This document shows positions 48,429 to 60,300 of a stretch of 64,000 nt of DNA, piece after piece. A program made the translations under genes and the position numbers. Numbering within the stretch: the stretch's first letter is position 1; each line of letters begins with the position of its first letter. The stretch covers positions 111,290,001 to 111,354,000 of the forward strand of contig OX597823.1 in the NCBI GenBank assembly GCA_951406725.2, written 5' to 3'. The notes beneath the pieces were generated by a model. That model was not told the DNA's origin. It did no database searches and saw only the letters and a list, made by a program, of their open reading frames with translations. Origin of the DNA: Octopus vulgaris. Lineage: Eukaryota.

Positions 48429-48750
48429 ATGTGTGCTTGTTTGTGCAAATGTGTGCATATATGTGTCTGTTAGTATGTGTGCTTGTTTGTGCAAATGTGT
48501 GCATATATGTGTCTGTTAGTATGTGTGCTTGTTTGTGCATATGTGTGCATATATGTGTCTGTTAGTATGTGTGCTTGTTTGTGCAAATGTGTGCATATAT
48601 GTGTCTGTTAGTATGTGTGCTTGTTTGTGCAAATGTGTGCATATATGTGTCTGTTAGTATGTGTGCTTGTTTGTGCAAATGTGTGCATATATGTGTCTGT
48701 TAGTATGTGTGCTTGTTTGTGCATATGTGTGCATATATGTGTCTGTTAGT
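48429..48750 (+). repeat. Minisatellite, 7 x 46 bp
   Basis: Unit ATGTGTGCTTGTTTGTGCAWATGTGTGCATATATGTGTCTGTTAGT; copies are near-identical. Confidence 0.97.
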
Positions 48751-49137
48751 ATGTGTGTGTTAGCATGAGTCTGTGTATGTGTGTATATATGTAATATGAT
48801 AGTGTAGGACAAGAAACAACTAACAAAACAATGATATTAATAGTACAGAGGATTATTGATGTGCTGGAAATAGGAGCCTAATCTACCTCAAAATTATTTA
48901 TATCATTTTCAAAATAAGACATCTTGGATAATGCAGTCATGGATAGATGGAGTAATTGTTATGGTCATGGTGGGATTGCTTATATATACATACATGATAT
49001 ATATGTGTGTCTTTGTGTGTGTATACACACACCCACAAACACACACATACACATACATATATATATATATGTGTGTGTGTGTATATATATGAAATGATAT
49101 ATATATGTATATATATATATATGTATATATATCATTT

Positions 49138-49535
49138 ATCTTTTACTTGTTTATCATTTGACTGTGGACGTGCTGGGGTACCACTTTAAAGAGTTTTATT
49201 TTAAGAAATTTACCCCAGAACTTTCTTTTATGCCTAGTACTTCTATCAGTATGTTTTGCTGAACCACTAAGTTATGGGGACATAAACACATTAATACTGG
49301 CTATTAAGTGGTGAAGGTTGTCAAGTGGGGAATAACACAGACACAAACAAAAATACACACACATATATATTATATGCCGAGCTTCTTTCAGTTTCCATCT
49401 TCTTAATCAATTCACAAGTTTCTGGTAGTTCCAAGGCTATAGTAGATGACATTTGCCCAAGGTGCCATGCAGACGGATCGAACCCAGGACTATGTGGCTG
49501 GGAGGCAAACTTCCTACCATACAACCATGCCTGCA
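49138..49535 (-). mobile_element. SINE family B, diverged full-length copy
   Basis: Homologous to 52196-52595. Confidence 0.85.
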
Positions 49536-49622
49536 CACATATATATATTCATAAAAACATATGCACATACATACATACATACATACATACATACATACAT
49601 ACATAAATACATGCATACATAC

Positions 49623-49739
<117 letters not shown>

Positions 49740-49777
49740 TACATATATATATATCAATACACACACACACATATATA

Positions 49778-50593
49778 CAGGATGTGATGGGTAAATTGTC
49801 ACAATCTTATATTTCTAATTTTATGCATGTACATTGTTTGTTGTTGATTTTGTCAATTACACAATATAGTAGGGTCAGTTGGACACTGTCTGTGAGAAAA
49901 ACAGCACCATGATACAATTCACTCTGCCAGAAATTTGGAAACAACATGCTGTACTGTAGGAACATTTCAGAGTGTTTGGGTGTCAATCTAAGGACGTGTA
50001 CTGAGAATTATAAAAATCAAAACATCCAGTCAACATCATGGTGTTTTGAGTGATCACTAATGATGGCGACGTTATGCTTCCTTTCAACCTCCCACATGGC
50101 CCACACGGGTGCCTACATCTTGTGCGTGGTGGAGGATGTGCTGCTCTGGATCAAGTGGGTGGCTGCTGGAAGACCCTATGTCTGGCAACAGGACTCTGCA
50201 CCGTGCCACATAAGCAGGAGAAAACAGTCATGGCTGTCAGACTATTTCTGTGACTATATCACCCCCTAACATCTGGCCACCTAACTCCCCTGATTGCAAC
50301 TCCCTTGATTATTATGTGTGGAGTGCAGTTGAGCAAGAGACCCAAAAAAACTTCTTGTAGCACCAAAGATAAATTGAAGACAAGAATTACTGCAGCATCC
50401 AGATGAGTTGCAGGAGATTCCAAAGTCGTCTGGAGGCCATGGTTGGAGCCAATGGCGATCTTATTGAATAAATTTACTCTTTACTATTTCAAGATATGTT
50501 TATGTAATTTTGGTAAATAAATCTGTTAAAATGAGATATCAGTGTTATTTCCATTTTGTGTAATATAGATGACAGTTTATTCACCACACCCTG
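49778..50593 (+). mobile_element. Internally deleted Tc1/mariner transposon, DD37D (maT) type, with transposase pseudogene
   Basis: Reads TA|CAGGATGTGATGGGTAAATTGTCA ... TGACAGTTTATTCACCACACCCTG|TA. Translated pieces are KHPVNIMVF*VITNDGDVMLPF, YVWQQDSAPCH and (after a frameshift) NIWPPNSPDCNSLDYYVW, with 37 residues between the second and third catalytic Asp. Confidence 0.92.
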
Positions 50594-50965
50594 TATGTAT
50601 ATATATATATATATATATATACACATACACAATTGCTTACACTGTATGCAATATACAGTCTTAGCCAATTAGTGAGAAAGTTTACACTGCAGTTATGAGG
50701 TCTCCATTTCATCTCTGTTATACAGCACCTTGAAAAATGTTTCCAACGACAGATGCTTTATTTTTCAATCTTTTATTTTCTTTGTTAATTTATATCTTTT
50801 GGAGTTAACATATCTACACCTATGCTAACTAATATGCCTTCCCCTTTTTAAAAATAGTGCAAAATAAACATGTTACAAAAGGAATTTGCTTCTATTTCTT
50901 TTAATGACCTCATAGTATATTGGTTCTTATTTTTATTGAGGCTAGTTATTTTATTGGTCAAGGAA

Positions 50966-51429
50966 GTAAAAGTAAAGTAAAGTTCCCTCCCAGGTCATAC
51001 AGGCTTATAGGGTCAGTTTCTCAGTTTCCATGGCATATTCCTTACCTGGATAGGACACCAGTCTGTCATAGGATTTCTTGCTTATGCCAGCTCAGTGGAC
51101 TGGAGCAATGTGAACACAACACATTGGCCAGTCCAGGAATTAAATCCATCATCTACCGATCATGAGTCCAACACTCTAACCACTAAGCCACACATCTCCA
51201 CTAAAGATAAAGTTACCTTCTCAAGTCATACTGACTCATAAGCATCAGTTTCCTAGTTTCATGGCATATATATTCCCCCCCCACCTGGACGTGACGCCGT
51301 TCCATCACAGAATTACTCATTTTTGAAAGCTGACTGGACTGGAGCAGCACGTCACCTGGTCCAAGAATCGAAACCACAATCTTATGATCATGACTTCAGC
51401 ACCCTTAACCACTAAGCCACGTGCCTCCA
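50966..51429 (-). mobile_element. Tandem dimer of a family C-related SINE with a shared 11-bp TSD
   Basis: Two copies, each with an rc head GTGGCTTAGTGGTTA. TGGTCAAGGAA occurs at 50955-50965 and 51430-51440. Confidence 0.8.
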
Positions 51430-52009
51430 TGGTCAAGGAAAGATGGAAGGTAAAATAAGCAACAGTTGGATTTGAACTTAGGATGATTATATCATCAGGT
51501 TGTATGCTCAGTGATCTACGAATTCTGCCATCTGTTCAATATATGATAAACATTTGTATTGATTTCATTGGATTGGCATCCAGCTGTTAAAATGTTCACG
51601 GTATTAATGGATTAAATAATAGAACAGTTGTACCTTAAAAAATGTACCTGTAATATTATTCTTGGGTGAAATTAATGTGACACAGTCTGACAAAACTTTT
51701 ATTTTAAATAGGTTCAATCTAACCAATGGGCTTCCACACAGTTTCTATATGCTCCATGTTCAGTAACATACCTTGGGTTGAATTGGCATTTTGAAAACAC
51801 TTGGTCCAAGATTCTACACACTGGTATTGAACCAGAGATTTTATGGTTATACAGAAAGCTTCTTAACCTCTTTGCCACAGCTGTACCAATTCAAAATACA
51901 TAAATACATATATACATACATATATATGTGAGTGCTTGTGTATGTATATATGTATATATATGTATGTATGTATGCATATAAATGCATATATTTATACCTG
52001 TATATGTAC

Positions 52010-52050
<41 letters not shown>

Positions 52051-52195
52051 TTAGTGGTCAGTCCTCTAAATATGGTATGTAAAAAATTTTTAATCTTCAG
52101 ATTTCTTTTAAAATATGCTAGGCCACTGGTTGGTTTTAATTGATTAATATCAATTTCTACCCTTATTTAATTTTATATATATATATACACAGATA

Positions 52196-52362
52196 GGCGC
52201 AGGAGTGGCTGTGTGGTAAGTAGCTTGCTAACCAACCTCATGGTTCCGGGTTCAGTCCCACTGCATGGCATCTTGGGCAAGTGTCTTCTGCTATAGCCCC
52301 GGGCCGACCAATGCCTTGTGGGTGGATTTGGTAGACGGAAACTGAAAGAAGCCTGTCGTATA

Positions 52363-52396
<34 letters not shown>

Positions 52397-52595
52397 TTGT
52401 GTGTCTGTGTTTGTCCCCTAGCATTGCTTGACAATCGATGCTGGTGTGTTTACGTCCCCGTCACTTAGCGGTTCGGCAAAAAGAGACCGATAGAATAAGT
52501 ACTGGGCTTACAAAGAATAAGTCCCGGGGTCGATTTGCTCGACTAAAGGCGGTGCTCCAGCATGGCCGCAGTCAACTGACTGAAACAAGTAAAAG
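52196..52595 (+). mobile_element. SINE family B (tRNA head, CORE-like CTTGGGCAAGTG, internal (TA)n/(TG)n linker), best-preserved copy
   Basis: Box A TGGCTGTGTGGT, box B GGTTCAGTCC, 3' end GCTCCAGCATGGCCGCAGTC..TGACTGAAACAAGTAAAAG. More than 10 copies or fragments occur in the window. Confidence 0.92.
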
Positions 52596-52666
52596 AGAAA
52601 GAGAAAGAGAGATACACACATATATATGTTAATAAAAGCTGGGATGCATTGCATTCCGTTGTTTAA

Positions 52667-52917
52667 TAAATAAACAAACAATTGGTAAAAAAACAAATAA
52701 TCCATACTGAATGTACAACCAGACAGGAGACATACACAGAAGGTCCTTAATTCTTCAACAGTTATCAACCAGATGGTAGTACACAGTTTCATGTAAAACT
52801 GAGCATTACCATCTGGATGATAAGTGATGAAGAATTAGGGACCTCCTGTGTATGTTTCCCATCTGGTTGTACACTCCATATATGTTATACAATTTTTACC
52901 TATCATTTGTTTATTTA
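52667..52917. mobile_element. ~250-bp imperfect fold-back (palindromic) element
   Basis: Arms TGTACAACCAGA...AGGTCCTTAATTCTTCA...CCAGATGGTA and TACCATCTGG...TGAAGAATTAGGGACCT...TCTGGTTGTACA, centred at ~52792. Confidence 0.85.
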
Positions 52918-53065
52918 CAATACATTTGAAAATTTATATATATATATATATATATTTTATTTATTAATCAATATAAGGTGGCAAAAAAAATTTTGTAGAA
53001 TTTTTTTGCCACCAGCGGCCTAGTGGGAAAAAATTAAATAGTCATAGACCACTTATAAGTTCAAC

Positions 53066-53311
53066 ATCACAATCAAGGAACGGCCATAATAGGCCATTCA
53101 CCCACTAGAAATAACAGCCAAAGCTTCAACCGCAAAATAACATTAATTCCGTAAACCAGGAGAAAATTAAAAACCAGGAGAAAATTAAAAAACGCACAGG
53201 GTAAATGTTTTTTAATTTTCTCCTGGTTTACGGAATTAATGTTATTTTGTGGTTGAAGCTTTGGCTGTTATTTCTAGTGGGTGAATGGCCTATTATGGCC
53301 GTTCCTTGATT

Positions 53312-53316
<5 letters not shown>
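53066..53316. mobile_element. Near-perfect 251-bp palindrome (fold-back element)
   Basis: ATCACAATCAAGGAACGGCC... is mirrored by ...GGCCGTTCCTTGATTGTGAT. One substitution and a 19-bp tandem duplication in the left arm are visible. Confidence 0.93.
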
Positions 53317-53347
<31 letters not shown>

Positions 53348-53358
53348 GGCGAATATAA

Positions 53359-53389
<31 letters not shown>

Positions 53390-53730
53390 TATATGCATGT
53401 ATGTGTATTTATGAAGGATTATATGTATATGCATGTATATAGATGTGTATATTTCTCTTTTGGAGTGCAACTATGTGTGTATCGGTCCCTGTGTGACAGC
53501 ATATGTCTGTGTGTGCGTTTGTTTCTCTGTATCTCTCTGTTTTTGTGTCTGTGTGTTCGTTGCCTACTTCCAGAGTTCTTCATTGTTGACACATTGTTTC
53601 TTGCATTCTTTCTCTTATCCCTTTCTCACTTACATCTCTTTCTCACCCTCACTCTCTCTCTCTATATATATATGTGTGTGTGTATAGAAATATATATGTG
53701 CATGTGTGTATGTGTATATATATATATATA

Positions 53731-54180
53731 TTCTTTTATTCTTTTACTTTTTTCAGCCATTTGACAGTGGCCATGCTAGAGTGCTGCTTTTTGTCGAAAA
53801 ACTCAAACCCAAGATTTATTCTTTGTGAGCCTAGTAGTTATTCTATCAGTCCCTTTTGCTGAAACACTAAGTTGTAGGGATGTAAACACACTGACATCAG
53901 ATGTCAAGCGATGATTGGGGCTACAATTGCAGACACAGACACACACAAATATAATACATAAATATACATACACACTCACACACACACACACACACTTATA
54001 TATATATATGTGTGTGTGATGGACTTCTTTCAGTTTCCATCTACCAAATCCACTCACAAGGCTTTGGTTGGCCTGAGGCTATAGCAGAAGACACTTGCCC
54101 AAGGTGCCATGCAATGGGACACTGAACCCGGAACCATATGGTTGGGAAGCAAGCTTCTTACCACACAGCCACTCCTGCAC
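53731..54180 (-). mobile_element. SINE family B, full-length
   Basis: Homologous to 52196-52595. Confidence 0.9.
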
Positions 54181-54240
54181 GTATGATATATATATATATA
54201 TATATGTAAATGTAATATGTAACAATTATTCGGTAGCCAT

Positions 54241-54301
54241 GATAAAACTCCGGGTTTCGGATGTCAGGGTGGAAATCCATGCCACCATCTCTTCAGTTAT
54301 C
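54241..54301 (-). ncRNA. Type I hammerhead ribozyme motif (inverted partner of 54344-54404)
   Basis: The rc reads GATAA-CTGAAGA-GATG...CATC-C-GAAA-CCCGGAG-TT-TTATC. Confidence 0.65.
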
Positions 54302-54343
54302 CAGCCATTGGTAAAAATGTTATGAAAATCTTTCCGATGGGTG

Positions 54344-54404
54344 GATAACTGAAGAGATGCCGGTGAGTATTTCCACCTTGGCATCCGAAACTCGGAGTTT
54401 TATC
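54344..54404 (+). ncRNA. Type I minimal hammerhead ribozyme motif
   Basis: Stem I GATAA/TTATC; core CTGAAGA 54349-54355; stem II GATGCC/GGCATC; GAAA 54387-54390; short stem III CT(CGG)AG; GUU triplet 54397-54399. Confidence 0.75.
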
Positions 54405-54712
54405 ATGGCTACCAAATAATTACAGATAAATTCCTCTATTTACATAATATCGAGGTCTCTTTCATTCTTTTGTTGTCTTACCATTTTTATCAATATATAC
54501 ATATATATAATATATACATATATGTATATATATGTATATATATATATATATTTATATATACACACACATATATTTATTTATCATAGATGCAGGTATGTCT
54601 CTGTGGTAAGAAGCTTGCTTCCCAGCTACATGGTTCTAGGTTCATTCCCACTATGTGACACCTTGGGCAAGTGTCTTCTACTATAGCCTCGGGCCAAAGG
54701 AATGCCTTGTAA

Positions 54713-54793
<81 letters not shown>

Positions 54794-55608
54794 TGTGTAT
54801 ATATATATATATGTAGATAAATATATATATATACATATATATTTATTACATATATATATATTTATATATATATATATATGTGTATTTATATATGTATATA
54901 TCTGTGTGTATATATACATATATGTATGTGTGTGTGTGCTGTGGGTGTACAAACAAGTGTGTTCCATGTGTGTGTTCCATGTATGTTTTTATATTTCACA
55001 CGCATAGGAAATTTACTGTTATTGTTCCTCTTAGTTTCTCTGTCTCTAAAACACATTCCCTCTTATAATCCTAATCTATTCATTCAAGGAAATTGCATGA
55101 AAGATCAGGTCACAGATATGTAATGAAATTTTCTGTAAATTCATAATACACAGTACTGTTAACAAATAATAACATAGAAAATACCAGGTTCAAAAAAGTA
55201 CTCGGTTTGATATATTTGACAAAAAGTTCTTGAAGGCGATGCCCCAGCATGGCCACAGTCTAATGACTGAAACAAGTGAAAGATAAAGGATAATATATAT
55301 TATCAATTAAAGGGGATCAATGAGGCAAAGGCAAATTAGCAGTGGAGTCCCCTTGTGTATTTCGGCTGGACAGTTTACTCCTAATAATCCAAGTATATGT
55401 CGCAGAAATTTTTTGGAGACATGTCTCCTTAAAGTATTCAGATGTACCACCTGAAGAAAAGTGTAAAAGCACGAACTTGCATAATGTTGTATATCAAATT
55501 ACACAATTGCACTGATGTTCTTACTGAATTGCAATGGAGTAATATCCTGAAATATCCATTCTTTTTATTCTTGTTCACTATATATATACAAGCCATACAC
55601 ACGAGTAC

Positions 55609-55661
55609 AATCATCATCATCATCATCATCGTCATCATCGTCATCATCATCATCATCGTCG

Positions 55662-55705
<44 letters not shown>

Positions 55706-56195
55706 GTCATCATCGTCATCATCATCGTCATCATCGTCATCATCGTCATCATCATCGTCATCATCATCATCATCATCATCATCATCGTCATCATCGTTAT
55801 CATCATCATCATCGTCATCATCGTTATCATCATCATCATCGTCATCATCGTCGTCATCATCATCATCATCACCACCCTCATCATTATCCACCTCCTATAT
55901 GTGAGCTCTTATGTGTATGCGTAGGTTGGACAGGTCTTTCCCAGCACATTATTTCACCACTTCACACATTCACCTATGTTTTGGTCTTTTCTTTTGCTTT
56001 ATTTTTTTTGCTTTTTTTAGAAGGTTCCTGCTGTTAGTTTAAACCACTTTTATCGATATCTTTCTCAGCATTCCTATTCCACAGATTTCTTCCATTTCCA
56101 TATATCAGCACTGCTTTACCCAATTGCCATTCCTCCTATATATACCCCATATCTGTAACAACCGTCTCTCTTGTATACTGCATCTCATTCCTCTT
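55609..56195 (-). mobile_element. Probable decayed RTE LINE 3' end with expanded (GAT)n tail
   Basis: The rc translation RGMRCSIQERRL and a later RPK...EVV resemble the RTE C-terminus (RRLRWxGH...RPxxxW). CCTGTCCAACC resembles the family D tail. The (ATC/GTC)n tract spans 55609-55890. Confidence 0.45.
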
Positions 56196-56255
56196 GTAAT
56201 CAGTTTGTCTCTCAGCTCGTTTGTGTTCTGTCAGTTACTAGTCATAAACACATAT

Positions 56256-56486
56256 GGCAGTGAGCTAGCAGAATCGTTAGCACGCCTGGTGAAATGCTTG
56301 GCAGTATTTCGTCTGCCGCTACATTCTGAGTTCAAATTCCGCCGAGGTCGACTTTGCCTTTCATCCTTTCGGGGTCGATTAAATAAGTACCAGTTACGCA
56401 CTTGGGTTGATATAATCGACTTAATCCGTTTGTCTGTCCTTGTTTGTCCTCTCTGTGTTTAGCCCCTTGTGGGCAGTAAAGAAATA
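56256..56486 (+). mobile_element. SINE family A, full-length
   Basis: Homologous to 6777-7010. Confidence 0.92.
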
Positions 56487-57253
56487 TATATTATACATCC
56501 TGCAGAACATTGTAAGATTGTGGTTTTGAATCCTGGATTGGGTGATGAACTGTGTTCTTGAGTGAAACAATTCATTTCATCTTGTTCCAGTCTTCTCAGC
56601 TGTAGAAATGAGTTTAATCTGGAGAAGAATAGGCTCTGCCAGGCTTTCTCACCCTAGATAAATTGCATGGCTGTAGTACACTAACAACCCCCAAGGGGTT
56701 AAGGGGATTGTCTTGTCAATACAGAACCAGAGGCAACCTCAGCCAGATTAGTATCGAAAAATTGATTGTAGAAGATTTATGAAGAATGGTTAAAAAAAGG
56801 AGTTGCACATGTTCTACAGGATGTATAATATAACCAGCCATTACTGTGATGTAAACATACTGCTTTAAAATGACCTGAATTAAGACCATCCATTAAAATT
56901 TCATGTTAATATATGTTCCAGATATTAAATTAACAACGAGAAAGTTGTTTAACGAGATGCTACTTTCTTTTGAAATTCATTAAAAAAAAAACAAGTTACT
57001 GTATTTAAACAGAAATAAGGTAACAAAGAGGTTAATGTTCAAATTTTGCTTCTTTGCAGTATCACACTTTATGCACAAGTGTCATAGAGTTTGCCTGCCA
57101 CTTGCAGGGCAAAGAACAACTCTCTGCAGTATTTAACTCTTATATTCAGAGCACCAACCATCACTGCTACATATGACCCCAAGCTAACTGAAACTATCCA
57201 TAACTTTAGTTTACTTTTATGTTCCAGTTCTATATTTAAGAGATGAGGAATTA

Positions 57254-57580
57254 TGCACATTATTTACATTTGCCCATGGGCATATGGCATAGTGGTTAAG
57301 AGCACAGGCTTACTAACCCCAAGATTCCGAGTTCGATTCCAGGCAGTGACCTGAATAATAATGGTAATAATAATAATGATAATAATAATAATAATAACAA
57401 CATCGAAAAATACCTTAGGAATGAGAACCCAGGTTCGAAATTTCTCCAAGACACCTGATGAAAGCTGGAGGGTATATCAGCCGAAATGTTATGTTAACAA
57501 CAAACAAGATGAGGACAAATATCCGTCAAATATAAATAATGTAAGTAATGTAAATAATGTAAATAATGTAAATAATGTAC
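57254..57580 (+). mobile_element. tRNA-headed SINE with (AAT)n linker, hammerhead-like motifs and (TAAATAATG)n tail
   Basis: Box A TGGCATAGTGG 57285-57295; box B GTTCGATTCC 57331-57340; CTGATGA 57455-57461 ... GAAA 57483-57486; inverted copy of the tail at 57254-57272. Confidence 0.8.
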
Positions 57581-58375
57581 CTTTATGTTTCTGCAGCTGC
57601 AGAAAGTGGTCTATGTTTGTGATGGTTAGTTGAGCCAGGGATGCTAAGAATGCGGCTTGAGTGTCAAAGGGGCAGCAGTCTGAAAAAAGGCTTTTTTTTC
57701 TAACAGATTTTGGCATGTTTCGGCATAACAGGACTTCATCAGATCTTCAGTGAAGCATAATCATTTGACACCTGCTTCATCAGATGAGAGAGAGATTTTA
57801 TATGTAACCACACATGTGCGGCTGGCAATTTCTTTTCCTTCTTTGGACTTTCTCCTTTCTTCCTTCCGATGAAGAGCTGAGCATCAAACTAGCACGTTCC
57901 TTGTGCGCATCTCTTCTTGTTGTCTGTTTTGTTAATTTTATTGTTCGTTTATTTGAATTGACTATATATATGTATATATAAACACACAAACACATATATA
58001 CATATACATATATATACATATATACATATAAATATATATTTACTCTTTATCTTATATTAAACTTTTAATACTTTTTGATAGTTTAAAATTTTAATTAAAA
58101 AAAAAATAAATAAATAAATAAAAATAAATAAATAAAATAAAAATAAATAAATAAAATAATAATAAAAAAAATATATATATATATTTAAAATTTATAAGTT
58201 TAATTTATTAATTTAAATAATTTTTTAAAATTTTAACTTTAATTTAAATATTTTAATTGGATTTTTATATTTTATATTTTATATTTTTTATATCTTTTAA
58301 TTAATTTCATTTCTGTGTATTGGCTTATGATTTTCACTGTTTGATTTGCCTAATAGTGGTTTTATCTCTAATTTA

Positions 58376-58407
<32 letters not shown>

Positions 58408-58709
58408 ATATGTGTATATGTGTTTGTATGTATATGTGTATATATGTATATGCATATGTATGTGTAAATGTATGTGCTTATGTATGTGTATGTATGTATA
58501 AAATATTATATAATTAGGGCTTAGGAAAATAAAATAAATTACTTTGCCACATACTAAACTTTCTAGAAATAGCAGCCAATAAAGTTTTTTAGCCTCTTCC
58601 ACTACTTAGAGAATTTTTTTCCCTCTAACATTGTTTACTCAAAATAATAATGGTCCCTTTACATACTGAACACTTGATGAAATTGATTAATAACTAATTA
58701 ACTTTACCC

Positions 58710-58760
58710 TCCCTTGTTGATATATATATACATATGTATATGTGTACATGTATGTATATG

Positions 58761-58791
<31 letters not shown>

Positions 58792-59078
58792 ATGTGTGTA
58801 TGTATGTATTTGTATATGTGTGTGTGTATATGTATGTGTGCGCGTGTGTGTGTATGTTTGTGTATGTATACTTGTATGTGTATATGCATGAATGTATATA
58901 TATGTGTGTGTATATGTGTATTATGTATGTATTTATATAGATATGTAGTTTATATATATATATATATATGTATGTATATGCATCTGTCTGTGTGTGTGTA
59001 TGTGTATATATGCGTATCATTTTTGCGTATGTATACATGTATATGTGTATATGTATGTGTGTGTGTGTGTGTATGTAT

Positions 59079-59110
<32 letters not shown>

Positions 59111-59427
59111 ATATATATGTATATATATATATATATATATATGCATGCGTATGTGTATGTACATGTATATATGTATGTGTGTATATGTATATATGTCTAT
59201 ATATGTGAGTATGTAGTAATATAAGTATATGCATGTGTATGTATGGGTATGTGTATCAGTGTATATGTATATATGTATGTGTGTGTGTATGTATATGTAT
59301 GTATATGTGTATATATGTATGCGTATATGTGTATATATGTATATATGTATGTATATATATATATGTGTATATGTGTGTGTACGTATGTGTATGTGTATGT
59401 ATGTGTATATATGTCTATGTATGTATA

Positions 59428-59491
<64 letters not shown>

Positions 59492-59772
59492 AGTGTGTGT
59501 ATGTATGAATGTATGTATGTATGCATGTATATGTGTATGTATATATATGTGTGTAAGTGTGTGCATATATGTATTTGTAAGTATGTGTGCGCGTATGAGT
59601 ATGTATGTATGCTTGCACACGTGTATATATATATATATGTGTGTGTGTGTATTTATATGGATGCGCGTGCGTGTGTGCACGTGTATGGGTACGCATGTAT
59701 ATGTGTATGTGCGTGTATGCGTATACGTGTATGTATGTATGTGTGTGCGTAGATTTGTATATGTATGTGTGA

Positions 59773-59809
<37 letters not shown>

Positions 59810-60011
59810 TATAGATGGGTGTGTGTATGCGTATAAATGCATGTAAGTATGGATGTATAGATGTATGTATGTATGTATACGTATGTATGTGTGTATGTGT
59901 GTATGTATATATATGTGTGTGTATATATGTTTGTGTATGTATATATATGTGTATGTATGTGTGTGTATGTGTGTATGTGTATGTATGTGTATATATGTAT
60001 ATATATGTGTA

Positions 60012-60053
<42 letters not shown>

Positions 60054-60300
60054 TATGTATCTGTATGTAGGAGTATATATGTGTGTGTGTGTATGTATAT
60101 GCGGGTATATATATATATATATATATGTATATTTATTGGTGTATATGTATAGACTAGCCTCCTAAAGTGTAGACACGAATCTGTATGTACGAGTACGTAT
60201 GTGTATATACGTGAACGTATGTAGATGTTTGTATGTATGAATATAACGCGTGCGTACGTGTATGTGTATGAGTGTACGAATGGGTGAATGTACGTGCTAA
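58710..60300. repeat. 1.6-kb compound (TA)/(TG)/(TATG) microsatellite
   Basis: Directly visible; source of the spurious 568-aa ORF. Confidence 0.95.

Noticed and set aside
48429-48750. CRISPR-like array
   Set aside because: Units are contiguous with no unique spacers, the context is eukaryotic, and there are no cas genes.
55449-55495. CTGAAGA...GAA hammerhead candidate (also one at 12938-13007)
   Set aside because: GAAA, the cleavage triplet or stem I cannot be drawn properly; too degenerate to call.
55438-55924. Poly-Asp/Met/Ile ORFs
   Set aside because: These are three-frame readings of an (ATC)n microsatellite.
57278-57352. tRNA gene
   Set aside because: A and B boxes are present but there is no convincing acceptor stem, and it continues into an element body, so it is a SINE head. 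The same applies to 7655-7729.
58060-58300. Nearly pure A/T tract (also 60660-60870)
   Set aside because: Low complexity and possibly low-quality consensus; no interpretable structure.
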